This document shows, in pieces, positions 8,563-17,401 of a stretch of DNA of 45,198 nucleotides. The position numbers and the translations under genes are program-made. Source of the stretch: an uncultured Alphaproteobacteria bacterium (GTDB taxonomy: Bacteria; Pseudomonadota; Alphaproteobacteria; Geminicoccales; Geminicoccaceae). The notes under the pieces are model-generated. The model did no database searches. It was not told where the DNA came from and saw only the letters and a program-made list of their open reading frames with translations. The stretch spans positions 1-45,198 of the forward strand of contig CAWJAY010000014.1 of NCBI GenBank assembly GCA_963840925.1, written 5' to 3'. Position 1 is the first letter of the stretch. Each line of letters opens with the position of its first letter.

Positions 8563-9324
8563 ATGGATCTGGGGCTGAGCGGGAAAAAAGCGATCATCAC
8601 CGGCGGCAGCAAGGGCATCGGGCGGGCGATCGCCGAAACACTCGCGGGCGAGGGTTGCGATGTCGCGATCTGCGCGCGCAACGCCGAGGGCATCGCGAGC
8701 GCGCTCGAGGCGCTCAAGCGCAAGGGCGGCAAAGCCTCGGGCCGGGCGCTCGACGTCACCGATCGCGCAGCGCTGGTCGGCTGGGTCGAGGCGAGCGCCA
8801 AGGAGCTAGGCGGCATCGACATCGCGGTCGCCAACGTCAGCGCCCTGGACATGAACCGCACTGAGGACGCGTTCCGGCACGAGTTCGAGGTCGACCTCTT
8901 GCACACAGTGCGCACGGTCGATGCGGCGCTGCCCTATCTGGAGCGCTCCGAGGCCGGTGCCATCGTCGTGATCTCGAGCGTCTCCGGGCTCGAGTTCGAT
9001 TTCACGAGCCCAGCCTACGGCACCTTCAAGGCGGCGCTCGTGCACTACGCCTCGCGGATGGCGAGCGAGCTCGCGCCCAAGCGCATCCGGGTCAACAGCG
9101 TCTCGCCCGGCAACACCTACTTCGAAGGCGGCATCTGGCAGCAGATCGAGCGCAATCTGCCCGATCTGTTCAAGGACGCCATGAGCAAGAACCCCTGGGG
9201 CCGGATGGCGACCGACCAGGAGGTGGCGAACGCGGCGGTGTTTCTCGCGAGCCCGGCCTCGAGCTTCACGACCGGCGTCAACCTTGTGGTCGACGGCGCG
9301 CTGACCCGCCGCGTGCAGTATTGA
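8563..9324 (+). CDS. SDR-family short-chain dehydrogenase/reductase
   Basis: MDLGLSGKKAIITGGSKGIGRAIAETL is a TGxxxGxG Rossmann motif. An SD-like GGAGGG lies 8 nt upstream of the ATG. The start was chosen at the internal Met of the track ORF 8434-9324. Confidence 0.8.
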   Translation: MDLGLSGKKAIITGGSKGIGRAIAETLAGEGCDVAICARNAEGIASALEALKRKGGKASGRALDVTDRAALVGWVEASAKELGGIDIAVANVSALDMNRTEDAFRHEFEVDLLHTVRTVDAALPYLERSEAGAIVVISSVSGLEFDFTSPAYGTFKAALVHYASRMASELAPKRIRVNSVSPGNTYFEGGIWQQIERNLPDLFKDAMSKNPWGRMATDQEVANAAVFLASPASSFTTGVNLVVDGALTRRVQY

Positions 9325-9546
9325 GCGTTCGCCGCGTTCTCGCGCCGGGCACCACTCGACCGGTCCGGCTCAGGCGCGGCGCAACACCATGACACGCCCG
9401 GTGGGGGCGGCTATACCTGGCGCGGGCCGGAGACCCTGACCAAGACCGGCACCGGTCGCCGACGGGAGGGTGCTGTCCTGTTTGCCCGTGCACCGATCGA
9501 CACCTCGCCGCCGATCGCGGACGAGGTCAAGACCACCACCTGCTAC

Positions 9547-12342
9547 ATGTGCGCCTGCCGGTGCGGCATCAAAGTCCATCTGAAGGACGGCAGGATCCGC
9601 TACATCGAAGGCAACCGCGATCATCCGGTCAACCGCGGCGTGCTGTGCGCCAAGGGCTCGGCCGGGATCATGCAGCACTACGCACCGGCACGGCTGACCA
9701 AGCCACTGATCCGGGTCGGCGAGCGCGGCGCCTGCGAGTTCCGCGAGATCGAATGGGACGAGGCGCTCGGCACGGCCACGACCTGGCTGGCCAGGATCCG
9801 GGCCGAGGACCCACGCAAGCTCGCGTTCTTCACCGGGCGCGATCAGAGCCAAGCGCTGACCGGCTGGTGGGCGACCCAGTTCGGCACCCCGAACTACGCC
9901 GCCCACGGCGGCTTCTGCTCGGTCAACATGGCGACCGGCGGCATCTACACGATCGGCGGCTCGTTCTGGGAGTTCGGCGAGCCCGACTGGGAGCGCACCC
10001 GCTATTTCATGCTGTTCGGCTGCGCCGAAGACCACGATTCCAACCCGATCAAGATCGGGCTGGGCCTGCTCAAGGGCCGCGGCGTCAAGTTCGTATCGGT
10101 CAACCCGGTGCGCACCGGCTACTCGGCGATCGCCGACGAGTGGCTCCCGATCACGCCGGGCACCGATGGCCTGTTCGTGCTCGCGCTCGTCCATGAGCTT
10201 TTGCGCGCCGGCAAGGTCGATCTGGACGCACTGATCCGCGACACCAACGCGCCCTGGCTCGTGATCGCGGCCCCTGGTACCGCCGAGGATGGCCTGTTCG
10301 CGCGCGGTCCCGATGGCGCCCCGCTGGTCTGGGACCGGATCGCCCAGGCGGCGCGCCCGGCCAGCGATCCGGATGCCAGGCCGGCTCTGAAAGGCGAGGT
10401 GCGGCTGCAGGATGGCCGCTGCGCGCGCCCGGCCTTTCACCTGCTGGCCGAGCGCTACCTCGGTGACGACCACAGCCCGGATGCGGTCGCGGCCCGGACC
10501 GGGATCGAGGCTCCGACCATCCGCCGGATCGCGGCCGAACTCGCCCAGGCGGCGTTCGCCGACCCGCTGGTCCTCGACCAGCCCTGGACCGACGCCTGGG
10601 GCCGGCGGCATCCGCAGATGATCGGCCGGCCGGTCGGCATGCACGCGATGCGCGGCATCTCGGCGCACGCCAACGGTTTCCACACCTGCCGGGCGCTGCA
10701 CCTGCTGCAGATCCTGCTTGGCAGCATCGATGCGCCGGGCGGCTTCCGGCACAAGCCGCCGTTCCCGAAGCCGATCCCGCCGGCGCCCAAACCTGCGGGC
10801 AAGCCGGATCAGGTCGCGCGTGGCCGGCCTCTGTCTGGGCCGCCGCTCGGGTTTCCGAGCGGCCCCGAGGACCTGCTGGTCGCGGCCGACGGCAGCCCCT
10901 GCCGGATCGACAAGGCGTTCTCCTGGGACGCCCCGCTCGCCGCCCACGGGCTGATGCATCTGGTGATCACCAACGCCCACAACCGCGATCCGTACCCGAT
11001 CGACACGCTGTTCATGTACATGGCGAACATGGCCTGGAACTCGGCCATGAACACGGGCGGCACGCTGCAGATGCTGACCGCCAAGGACCCCGCGACCGGC
11101 GAGTACCGGATCCCGCGGATCATCTACTCGGACGCCTATTTCTCCGAGACGGTCGCCTACGCCGACCTGGTGCTGCCCGACACGACCTACCTCGAGCGCT
11201 ACGACTGCATCTCGCTGCTCGACCGCCCGATCTGCTCGGCCGACGGCCCGGCGGACGCGATCCGCCAGCCGGTACTGACCCCCGACCGGGACGTGCGCCC
11301 GTTCCAGGACGTGCTGCTCGAGCTTGGTCACCGCCTGGGCCTGCCCGGCATGACCAATGACGACGGCAGCGCCAGTTTTCCAAAGGGCTACGTCGATTAC
11401 CTGATCCATCACGAGCGCCAGCCCGGGGTCGGCTCGCTGGCCGGCTGGCGCGGTCGGGACGGCACCGAGGAGGGCAGGGGCGAGCCCAATCCCGAGCAGC
11501 TTCAGCGCTACATCGAGCACGGCTGCTTCTGGCAGGGCCAAATCCCGCCCGAGGCCCGCTACTTCAAGCATGCCAACCGGGCCTACCTCGACTATGCGGT
11601 GCGGATGGGCTTCATCGTCAAGGCCGAGCCGATCACGCTCCAGCTTTACAGCGAGGTGCTGCAGAAGTTCCGGCTCGCGGCGCAGGGCCATGGCCCGGTG
11701 CAGCCGCCCGAGCATCAGCGCGCGCGCATCCGGGCCTATTTCGACCCGCTGCCGTTCTGGTATCCGCCGTTCGAGGATCGCGCCGGGGACCCCGAGCGCT
11801 TCCCGCTGCACGCGATCACCCAGCGGCCGATGGCGATGTACCATTCCTGGGGCTCGATGAACGCCTGGCTGCGCCAGATCCACGGCTGCAACCGCCTCTA
11901 TCTGCATCACGCCCGGGCGGCAGCGCTCGGCGTCGAGGACGACGGCTGGGTCTGGATCACCAGCCGGCACGGCCGGATCAAGGCCCAGGTCCGCCTGGTC
12001 GACGGGGTCAATCCAAACACCTGCTGGACCTGGAACGCGATCGGCAAGCGCGCGGGTGCCTGGAACCTGTCGACCGACGCGCCGGAGGCACAAAAAGGCT
12101 TCCTGCTCAATCACCTGATCGACGAGCTTCTGCCCGAGCGCGAAGGCGGCTATCGCTACGCCAACGCCGACCCGGTGACCGGCCAAGCGGCCTGGTACGA
12201 TCTGCGGGTGCGGATCGAGCCCGCCGCCGGCGCCGAGGCCGGCACCTGCGCCCCGCAATTCGAAGCTCTCCGCCCGCCCCGCGGCCTGGCGCCGGCCCCC
12301 AAAGTGTCCCGCTTCGGGCTCGAGTTCCGCCGCCGGCCATGA
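9547..12342 (+). CDS. molybdopterin (Mo-bisPGD, DMSO-reductase family) oxidoreductase catalytic subunit, no Tat signal, SoeA-like (putative sulfite dehydrogenase, quinone). True start likely upstream of 9547.
   Basis: N-terminal [4Fe-4S] motif (T)C-YM-C-ACR-C...C(AKG) of Mo-bisPGD enzymes. The product is about 930-980 aa. No twin-arginine leader. It is followed by FeS and NrfD-type subunits whose sizes match SoeABC. The first Cys of the motif lies upstream of the first ATG (see findings). Confidence 0.7.
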   Translation: MCACRCGIKVHLKDGRIRYIEGNRDHPVNRGVLCAKGSAGIMQHYAPARLTKPLIRVGERGACEFREIEWDEALGTATTWLARIRAEDPRKLAFFTGRDQSQALTGWWATQFGTPNYAAHGGFCSVNMATGGIYTIGGSFWEFGEPDWERTRYFMLFGCAEDHDSNPIKIGLGLLKGRGVKFVSVNPVRTGYSAIADEWLPITPGTDGLFVLALVHELLRAGKVDLDALIRDTNAPWLVIAAPGTAEDGLFARGPDGAPLVWDRIAQAARPASDPDARPALKGEVRLQDGRCARPAFHLLAERYLGDDHSPDAVAARTGIEAPTIRRIAAELAQAAFADPLVLDQPWTDAWGRRHPQMIGRPVGMHAMRGISAHANGFHTCRALHLLQILLGSIDAPGGFRHKPPFPKPIPPAPKPAGKPDQVARGRPLSGPPLGFPSGPEDLLVAADGSPCRIDKAFSWDAPLAAHGLMHLVITNAHNRDPYPIDTLFMYMANMAWNSAMNTGGTLQMLTAKDPATGEYRIPRIIYSDAYFSETVAYADLVLPDTTYLERYDCISLLDRPICSADGPADAIRQPVLTPDRDVRPFQDVLLELGHRLGLPGMTNDDGSASFPKGYVDYLIHHERQPGVGSLAGWRGRDGTEEGRGEPNPEQLQRYIEHGCFWQGQIPPEARYFKHANRAYLDYAVRMGFIVKAEPITLQLYSEVLQKFRLAAQGHGPVQPPEHQRARIRAYFDPLPFWYPPFEDRAGDPERFPLHAITQRPMAMYHSWGSMNAWLRQIHGCNRLYLHHARAAALGVEDDGWVWITSRHGRIKAQVRLVDGVNPNTCWTWNAIGKRAGAWNLSTDAPEAQKGFLLNHLIDELLPEREGGYRYANADPVTGQAAWYDLRVRIEPAAGAEAGTCAPQFEALRPPRGLAPAPKVSRFGLEFRRRP

Positions 12343-13079
12343 CCAGCCTGCCGGAGACCCGCCCCGCGCGTCGCCTGGGCCTGGTGATCGATCTCGACAC
12401 CTGCGTGGGCTGCCAGGCGTGCGTCGTCCACTGCAAGGAATGGAACACCGGCGGTTATCCGGCGCCGCTGTCCGACCAGGACCCCTACGGCAGCGCGGCA
12501 CGCGGCGCCTGGCTGAACCGCGTGCACGGCTACGAGGTGGGCGAGGGCGCGGCCGGCCGGACCGTGCATTTCCCGAAGTCCTGCCTGCATTGCGAGGATG
12601 CCGCCTGCGTCACGGTCTGCCCGACCGGCGCCTCCTACAAGCGCGTCGAGGACGGCATCGTGCTGGTCGACGAGGAGCTGTGCATCGGCTGCGGGCTGTG
12701 CGCCTGGGCCTGCCCCTACGGCGCGCGCGAGATGGATGCCGACCGCGGCGTGATGAAGAAATGCACGCTATGCATCGACCGTATCTACAACGAGAATTTG
12801 GAAGAAATCGACCGGGTGCCGGCGTGCGTCCGGACCTGCCCGGCGGGCGCCCGGCATTTCGGCGACCTCGCCGATCCTGCGGCGCCGGTCTCGCGCCTGG
12901 TCGCCGAGCGCGGCGGCTACGATCTGCTGCCCGAGTTGGGCTATCGACCGACCAACAAATATCTGCCGCCGCGCCCGCGCCGAACCGAGCCCGGCTATCT
13001 GGGCGCCCCCGCCGCCCTCGAGCCGGCCGAGGCAAAAGGCGGCTTTCTCGCCTGGCTGGACCGCGTGCTCTCGGAATGA
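12339..13079 (+). CDS. 4Fe-4S ferredoxin-type electron-transfer subunit (DmsB/PsrB/SoeB-like), four cysteine clusters
   Basis: Clusters CVGCQACVVHC, CLHCEDAACVTVCP, CIGCGLCAWACP and CTLC...CVRTCP. Its ATG overlaps the stop of the catalytic subunit (ATGA). Confidence 0.8.
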   Translation: MTSLPETRPARRLGLVIDLDTCVGCQACVVHCKEWNTGGYPAPLSDQDPYGSAARGAWLNRVHGYEVGEGAAGRTVHFPKSCLHCEDAACVTVCPTGASYKRVEDGIVLVDEELCIGCGLCAWACPYGAREMDADRGVMKKCTLCIDRIYNENLEEIDRVPACVRTCPAGARHFGDLADPAAPVSRLVAERGGYDLLPELGYRPTNKYLPPRPRRTEPGYLGAPAALEPAEAKGGFLAWLDRVLSE

Positions 13080-13086
13080 GCCCGAG

Positions 13087-14037
13087 GTGCATCCGGCGCC
13101 CTCGATCATTGTCTTCACCACCGCCTCGGGTGCGGGTTATGGTCTTCTGTTCCTGCTCGGCGCCGGGGCCGGCCTGCTGCCGGCCAATTCGTGGTTCAAG
13201 CTCGGCGCGCTGCTGCTGGCGCTGGCGCTGATCACGCTCGGCCTCTTGTCCTCGACCCTGCATCTCGGCCATCCCGAGCGGGCCTGGCGGGCGGTCAGCC
13301 AATGGCGCTCATCCTGGCTCTCGCGCGAGGGCGCGGTCGCGCTGCTGACCTTTCCGCCGGCGCTGATCCTCGGCATCGGCTGGATCTTTTCCGAGCCCGA
13401 CGCCCTCTGGCTGGTGATTCCGGGCGGGCTCGCGGCGCTCGGCGCGCTGGCCACCGTCTGGTGCACCGGCATGATCTACGCCTCGCTGAAGCCGATCCGC
13501 GAATGGCATCAGCCGCTGACCGCGCCGGTCTACCTCGCCTTTGCGCTGATGAGCGGAGCGTTGCTGCTGCACCTGTGGCTCGCGCTGTTCGGCCTGGCGC
13601 GCGCCGGCGCGGGCAGCCTCGCCGCGCTTGCGACCGTGCTCGCTTTCGGGCTCAAGGCTCTCGGGTGGCGCAGGCTCGGGCGGGAAAAGCCGCTCGGCAC
13701 GCCCGAGAGCGCGACCGGGCTTGGCCATCTCGGGCTGGTGCGGATGGTCGAGCCGCCGCACACCCAGACGAACTACCTGCTGAGCGAGATGGGCTACGTG
13801 ATCGGCCGCAAGCACGCGCGCAAGCTCCGCCGGCTGGCCCTCGCGCTCGGGCTGGGCAGCGGGCTGGTGCTGACGCTGCTGGCGCTGCCCGCCTCCGGCA
13901 TGCTGGCCGGCGCGCTGACGCTGCTGGCCGCGCTAGGTGGCCTTGCGGGCATCGCGCTCGAGCGCTGGCTGTTCTTCGCCGAAGCGACCCACACCGTGAT
14001 GCTGTATTACGGCCGGCGACCGGCGCCGACCGCCTGA
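13087..14037 (+). CDS. NrfD/DmsC/PsrC-family polytopic membrane anchor subunit (SoeC-like), GTG start
   Basis: 316 aa, multiple hydrophobic helices, immediately downstream of the FeS subunit. Typical third gene of membrane-bound Mo-bisPGD complexes. Confidence 0.7.
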   Translation: MHPAPSIIVFTTASGAGYGLLFLLGAGAGLLPANSWFKLGALLLALALITLGLLSSTLHLGHPERAWRAVSQWRSSWLSREGAVALLTFPPALILGIGWIFSEPDALWLVIPGGLAALGALATVWCTGMIYASLKPIREWHQPLTAPVYLAFALMSGALLLHLWLALFGLARAGAGSLAALATVLAFGLKALGWRRLGREKPLGTPESATGLGHLGLVRMVEPPHTQTNYLLSEMGYVIGRKHARKLRRLALALGLGSGLVLTLLALPASGMLAGALTLLAALGGLAGIALERWLFFAEATHTVMLYYGRRPAPTA

Positions 14038-14068
14038 CTTGTCGCGGGGACGGGCAGGCTTCGCGAGC

Positions 14069-15424
14069 TCAGCCCTTCGGTGGCGTGGCCGCGACCTCCT
14101 CGCCCGCGCCGTCGCCGGTGTTGGCGAAGATCCCGACCAGGAAGCGGCCGGCATGCAGGAAGCGGGCGGGATCGTAGGCGACGTCGTCGATCCGGATCTC
14201 GTAGTGCAGATGGAGTGAGGTGCTCCGGCCGGTGCTGCCGATCACCCCGATCGCCTGCCGGAAGCGGACCTCGTCGCCCTCGGCGACGCTCAGCGACTTC
14301 AGATGGCCGTAGCGGGTGATCACCCCCATGCCGTGGTCGATCTCGATCATGTTGCCGTAGGGTCCGCTGGCGCCGGCATGGATCACGCGTCCGGGCGCGG
14401 TCGCCAGGACCTTGCTGCCCAAGGCCGCGCCGAGGTCGAGGCCGGCGTGGAACGCCCACTGACGCGTGAACGGGTCGCGCCGCTTGCCATGGCCGCTGGT
14501 GAGATAGAAGTGATCGAGCGGCGACGACAGCGGCAGCGTGCGCGCGAGCTTCTGCAGGGCCGCCAGCCGCTGGAGATTGTTCTGCATCGGGTCGGCGGCC
14601 GCCAGCTGCGCCAGCCGCTCGCCGAGCGAGTCCGGGCCCGCGACCTGGAGCGGTCCGCCTTGACCCATCTCGGCGCGGTCGGCGCGGGCGATCAGGGCTT
14701 CGATGTCGATCCCGGTCTCGCCGAACAGCTGCTCGAGCGCCTCGGTGCTGCCGAGCACCCAGTCCTTGAGCCAGACCTGGGCATTCTCGCGCTGACTGCG
14801 CAGCTCCTTAACCTCGTCCTCGAGCCTTGCGACGTGCCAACGCAGGCCGACCTCGACCTGGCGCTCGGCGTCGCGTTGCTGGCTCGCGGCCGCGAGCCGC
14901 TGCTCGGCGCTGTCCAGGCGACCCCGCAAATCGGACCGGTCGGTCAGCACGTCCTGCAGCTGTTCCTGGAGCCCGGAGAGCGACTGATGAAGCTCGCCAA
15001 CTCGCCCGCGGGCGCGATCCCGCTCCTCGGCGAGCGTGATCAGCTGACGCTCGCGCGAGTTGAGCTGGCGCTCGACGGTGTCGCGGATCTCGGCCAGCTC
15101 GCGAATCGCGTCCTCCTGATGATGCCCGATCACCTCGAGCTCATCGATCTGCTCGATGAAGCTCTCGGTCGACAGCTGGGACTCGGATTTGAGATCGGCG
15201 TAGGCCTGCTCGAGATTCTTGATGTGCTGAGCGGTATCGGTGAGCAGATGCCGGCTGCCGATGTAGCTGACCGAGGTTACGGTCACCCAGGTCGACAGGC
15301 CGAAAATGATGGCGCCGGTCGCGAGCTGCGCCTTGACCGCGACCGCCGGGCTGCCGGTGCAGCAGCGGACGGCGACCCTGCGTGCGACGGCCCAGGGGCC
15401 CCCTGAAGGCCTCACACCGGCCAT
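14069..15424 (-). CDS. M23-family peptidoglycan metalloendopeptidase with N-terminal TM helix and long coiled-coil
   Basis: C-terminal HxxxD and HxH motifs (HAGLDLGA...GHGMGVITRYGHL...STGRSTSLHLHYEI). The N-terminal half is heptad-rich (LEDEVKELRSQRENAQ...). Confidence 0.8.
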   Translation of the reverse strand: MAGVRPSGGPWAVARRVAVRCCTGSPAVAVKAQLATGAIIFGLSTWVTVTSVSYIGSRHLLTDTAQHIKNLEQAYADLKSESQLSTESFIEQIDELEVIGHHQEDAIRELAEIRDTVERQLNSRERQLITLAEERDRARGRVGELHQSLSGLQEQLQDVLTDRSDLRGRLDSAEQRLAAASQQRDAERQVEVGLRWHVARLEDEVKELRSQRENAQVWLKDWVLGSTEALEQLFGETGIDIEALIARADRAEMGQGGPLQVAGPDSLGERLAQLAAADPMQNNLQRLAALQKLARTLPLSSPLDHFYLTSGHGKRRDPFTRQWAFHAGLDLGAALGSKVLATAPGRVIHAGASGPYGNMIEIDHGMGVITRYGHLKSLSVAEGDEVRFRQAIGVIGSTGRSTSLHLHYEIRIDDVAYDPARFLHAGRFLVGIFANTGDGAGEEVAATPPKG

Positions 15425-15789
15425 GACCCTACCTTGAGCATCTGATCACCCCTCGCGAACGACCATCACCGCCTCGGGCGAGGCCGCCCCCGCCCATCCC
15501 CTGACCATTGCTTGTGGGGTCGCCCTTGTCCCCAACGTTTGGTTATTCAACGGGTCGATTATGTGAAGGTTCCTCGGCTTGGGCAAGGCCGAAAGCCGCC
15601 CTCAGCCGTGAACAGCCGGCCAACACCGACGATTTTTTTTCGATCCGTTGCCGTCGCGTCCGCCCGCGTCCGACAACAGCGTCAGACGGCATCCGCGCAG
15701 CGCCGTGCAGGACCGCGAGAGGCTCGGCCGGACGCGGCGGCAACCCGTATCGGGGCAGCGGCCGATCGCGCAGCGAGCCCGTCGCGCGC

Positions 15790-16413
15790 TCACGCCTGAA
15801 AGCGCGCGCGGAACTCATCGGTCGCGTTGACGTGCGGGAACGGAGCCTCCGGCACCGGCAATCCTAGAAAGCAGCAGAGCGGTTGCCAGCCGTCCTTGAC
15901 CTCGTAGACCAGCAGCCGCTCCGGCGGCAGGCCGCGCTGGACCGCCTCGAGGTGGCGCAGAAACACGTCCTTGACGTGCTCGGGGCTCTCGATGTCGCCG
16001 CCGAAGGTCTGCCCGACGATCAGCTGGCGCTGCATCCGCGCCCGCTGCCGCCCAACGTCGTCGTCGTCGGCCACCGCCCGCACGATCCGCGGGAAGATCG
16101 TGCTCCAGGCGCTCGCGAACCAGCGTTCCGGATCGCGCACGGTGAGGATGACCTTGGCGTCCGGATAGTGCGCCGCGAGCGCGGCCCAAAAGCTGCAGAC
16201 CGGCCAGTCGACCGCGGAGCCGTAGCCTGCCAGGAGCTCGTCCCAGTCGACCGCCTGGCCGTCCGTCGCGCGCTGCCAGAACTCCACATGGCCCGGATTC
16301 TGGACCACCTCGTACATGTGATAGCAGGGCCCGAGCCCGAGCCGCTCCAGGGCGACCCTGAGCGACAGTGTCCCGGTGCGCCCGAAGCCTGCCCCGATCA
16401 CCGCCAGCGCCAT
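15790..16413 (-). CDS. sulfotransferase-family protein (small, Stf0/Sulfotransfer_4-like)
   Basis: N-terminal P-loop-like PAPS-binding motif VIGAGFGRTGTLSL, and RDPERWF. About 207 aa, a typical size for small bacterial sulfotransferases. The assignment is from memory of the family, not a search. Confidence 0.5.
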   Translation of the reverse strand: MALAVIGAGFGRTGTLSLRVALERLGLGPCYHMYEVVQNPGHVEFWQRATDGQAVDWDELLAGYGSAVDWPVCSFWAALAAHYPDAKVILTVRDPERWFASAWSTIFPRIVRAVADDDDVGRQRARMQRQLIVGQTFGGDIESPEHVKDVFLRHLEAVQRGLPPERLLVYEVKDGWQPLCCFLGLPVPEAPFPHVNATDEFRARFQA

Positions 16414-16589
16414 GGTTTCCGTTCTTCACAAACCGGCCCACACCGGGGGCACAGACGGGCATCCCTACGGTGCCTTTGTCAACTGCCCCGTGACCAGCCC
16501 TGCCGATCCCGTCCACCCGCCGCGCGGAACCATTCCCAACCGTCGCGATTATTCACACCGGCAAGAATGTCGAGAAAGGGCGCGGCTTA

Positions 16590-17372
16590 ATGCCCGAACT
16601 CCCGGACGTCGAAGTGTATCGGCAATACGTCGACGCCACGTCGCTCCACCAGGAGGTCGAGAAGGTCGAGATCGGCGCGCCGCGGATGCTGAAGGCCGTG
16701 GCGCCCAGGAGCCTGCGCTCCCGGCTCGAGGGTGGCCAGCTCAACGCGACCCGGCGGCACGGCAAGCATCTGCTGATCGAGCTGAGCCGCGGCCCTTGGC
16801 TTGCCCTGCATTTTGGCATGACCGGCCGGCTCGACTACGCCAAACGGGCCGATGGCGCGCCGCGCCATACCCGGCTGTCGATCGCATTCGCCAACGGCTA
16901 CCGGCTGGCCGGGATCTGGCAGCGGCGCCTGGGCGAGATCGCGGTGGCGAGCGATCCCGACAGCTTTGTCGCGGACCGGGACCTGGGTCCGGATGCGCTC
17001 GAGATCGAGCCGGCCGGGCTCGAGCGGCTGCTGGCTGGACGGCGCGGCGCGCTCAAGTCCGCGCTGATGGATCAGAGCCTGCTCGCCGGGATCGGGAACG
17101 TCTACAGCGACGAGATCCTGTTCCAGGCGCAACTCCACCCAGGCCGCGAAGTCCGTGGTCTCGACGGGCACGATCTCGCGCGGCTGCATCGGGCGATGCG
17201 CCACGTGCTGCGGCTCGCGATCGAACGCCGCGCCGACCCCGAGCAGGTCCCGAGATCATGGCTGCTGCGCCGCCGTGGCCCGAATCGACGGTGTCCCTGC
17301 TGCCGCGCCGGCCTTGCCCAGGCGACGATCGGCGGCCGGCGCGCGTACTTCTGCCCGCACTGCCAGCACTGA
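16590..17372 (+). CDS. Fpg/Nei-family DNA glycosylase/AP lyase
   Basis: Hallmark N-terminus MPELPDVEV (catalytic Pro2/Glu3). H2TH region and C-terminal zinc finger CPCC...CPHCQ. Confidence 0.8.
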   Translation: MPELPDVEVYRQYVDATSLHQEVEKVEIGAPRMLKAVAPRSLRSRLEGGQLNATRRHGKHLLIELSRGPWLALHFGMTGRLDYAKRADGAPRHTRLSIAFANGYRLAGIWQRRLGEIAVASDPDSFVADRDLGPDALEIEPAGLERLLAGRRGALKSALMDQSLLAGIGNVYSDEILFQAQLHPGREVRGLDGHDLARLHRAMRHVLRLAIERRADPEQVPRSWLLRRRGPNRRCPCCRAGLAQATIGGRRAYFCPHCQH

Positions 17373-17401
17373 GCCGCAGGCTGCGAGCTGCGCAGAGAAT
17401 C

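Noticed and set aside
9400-9500. Twin-arginine-like RRRE in the sequence upstream of the Mo-enzyme catalytic subunit (TGTGRRREGAVLFARAPIDTSPP)
   Set aside because: No hydrophobic h-region or AxA site follows and no start codon precedes it in frame. It is not a Tat leader.
9370-12501. 1043-aa minus-strand ORF, the longest ORF in the window
   Set aside because: It lies antisense to the Mo-enzyme catalytic subunit gene, whose plus-strand product carries clear FeS and Mo-bisPGD signatures. The antisense product is Arg/Ala/Gly-rich low complexity with no recognisable domain. It is a typical high-GC shadow ORF.
15635-15643. T9 homopolymer as a terminator U-tract
   Set aside because: No preceding GC-rich hairpin was found, and it lies upstream (promoter side) of the M23 peptidase gene rather than downstream of a gene end on that strand.
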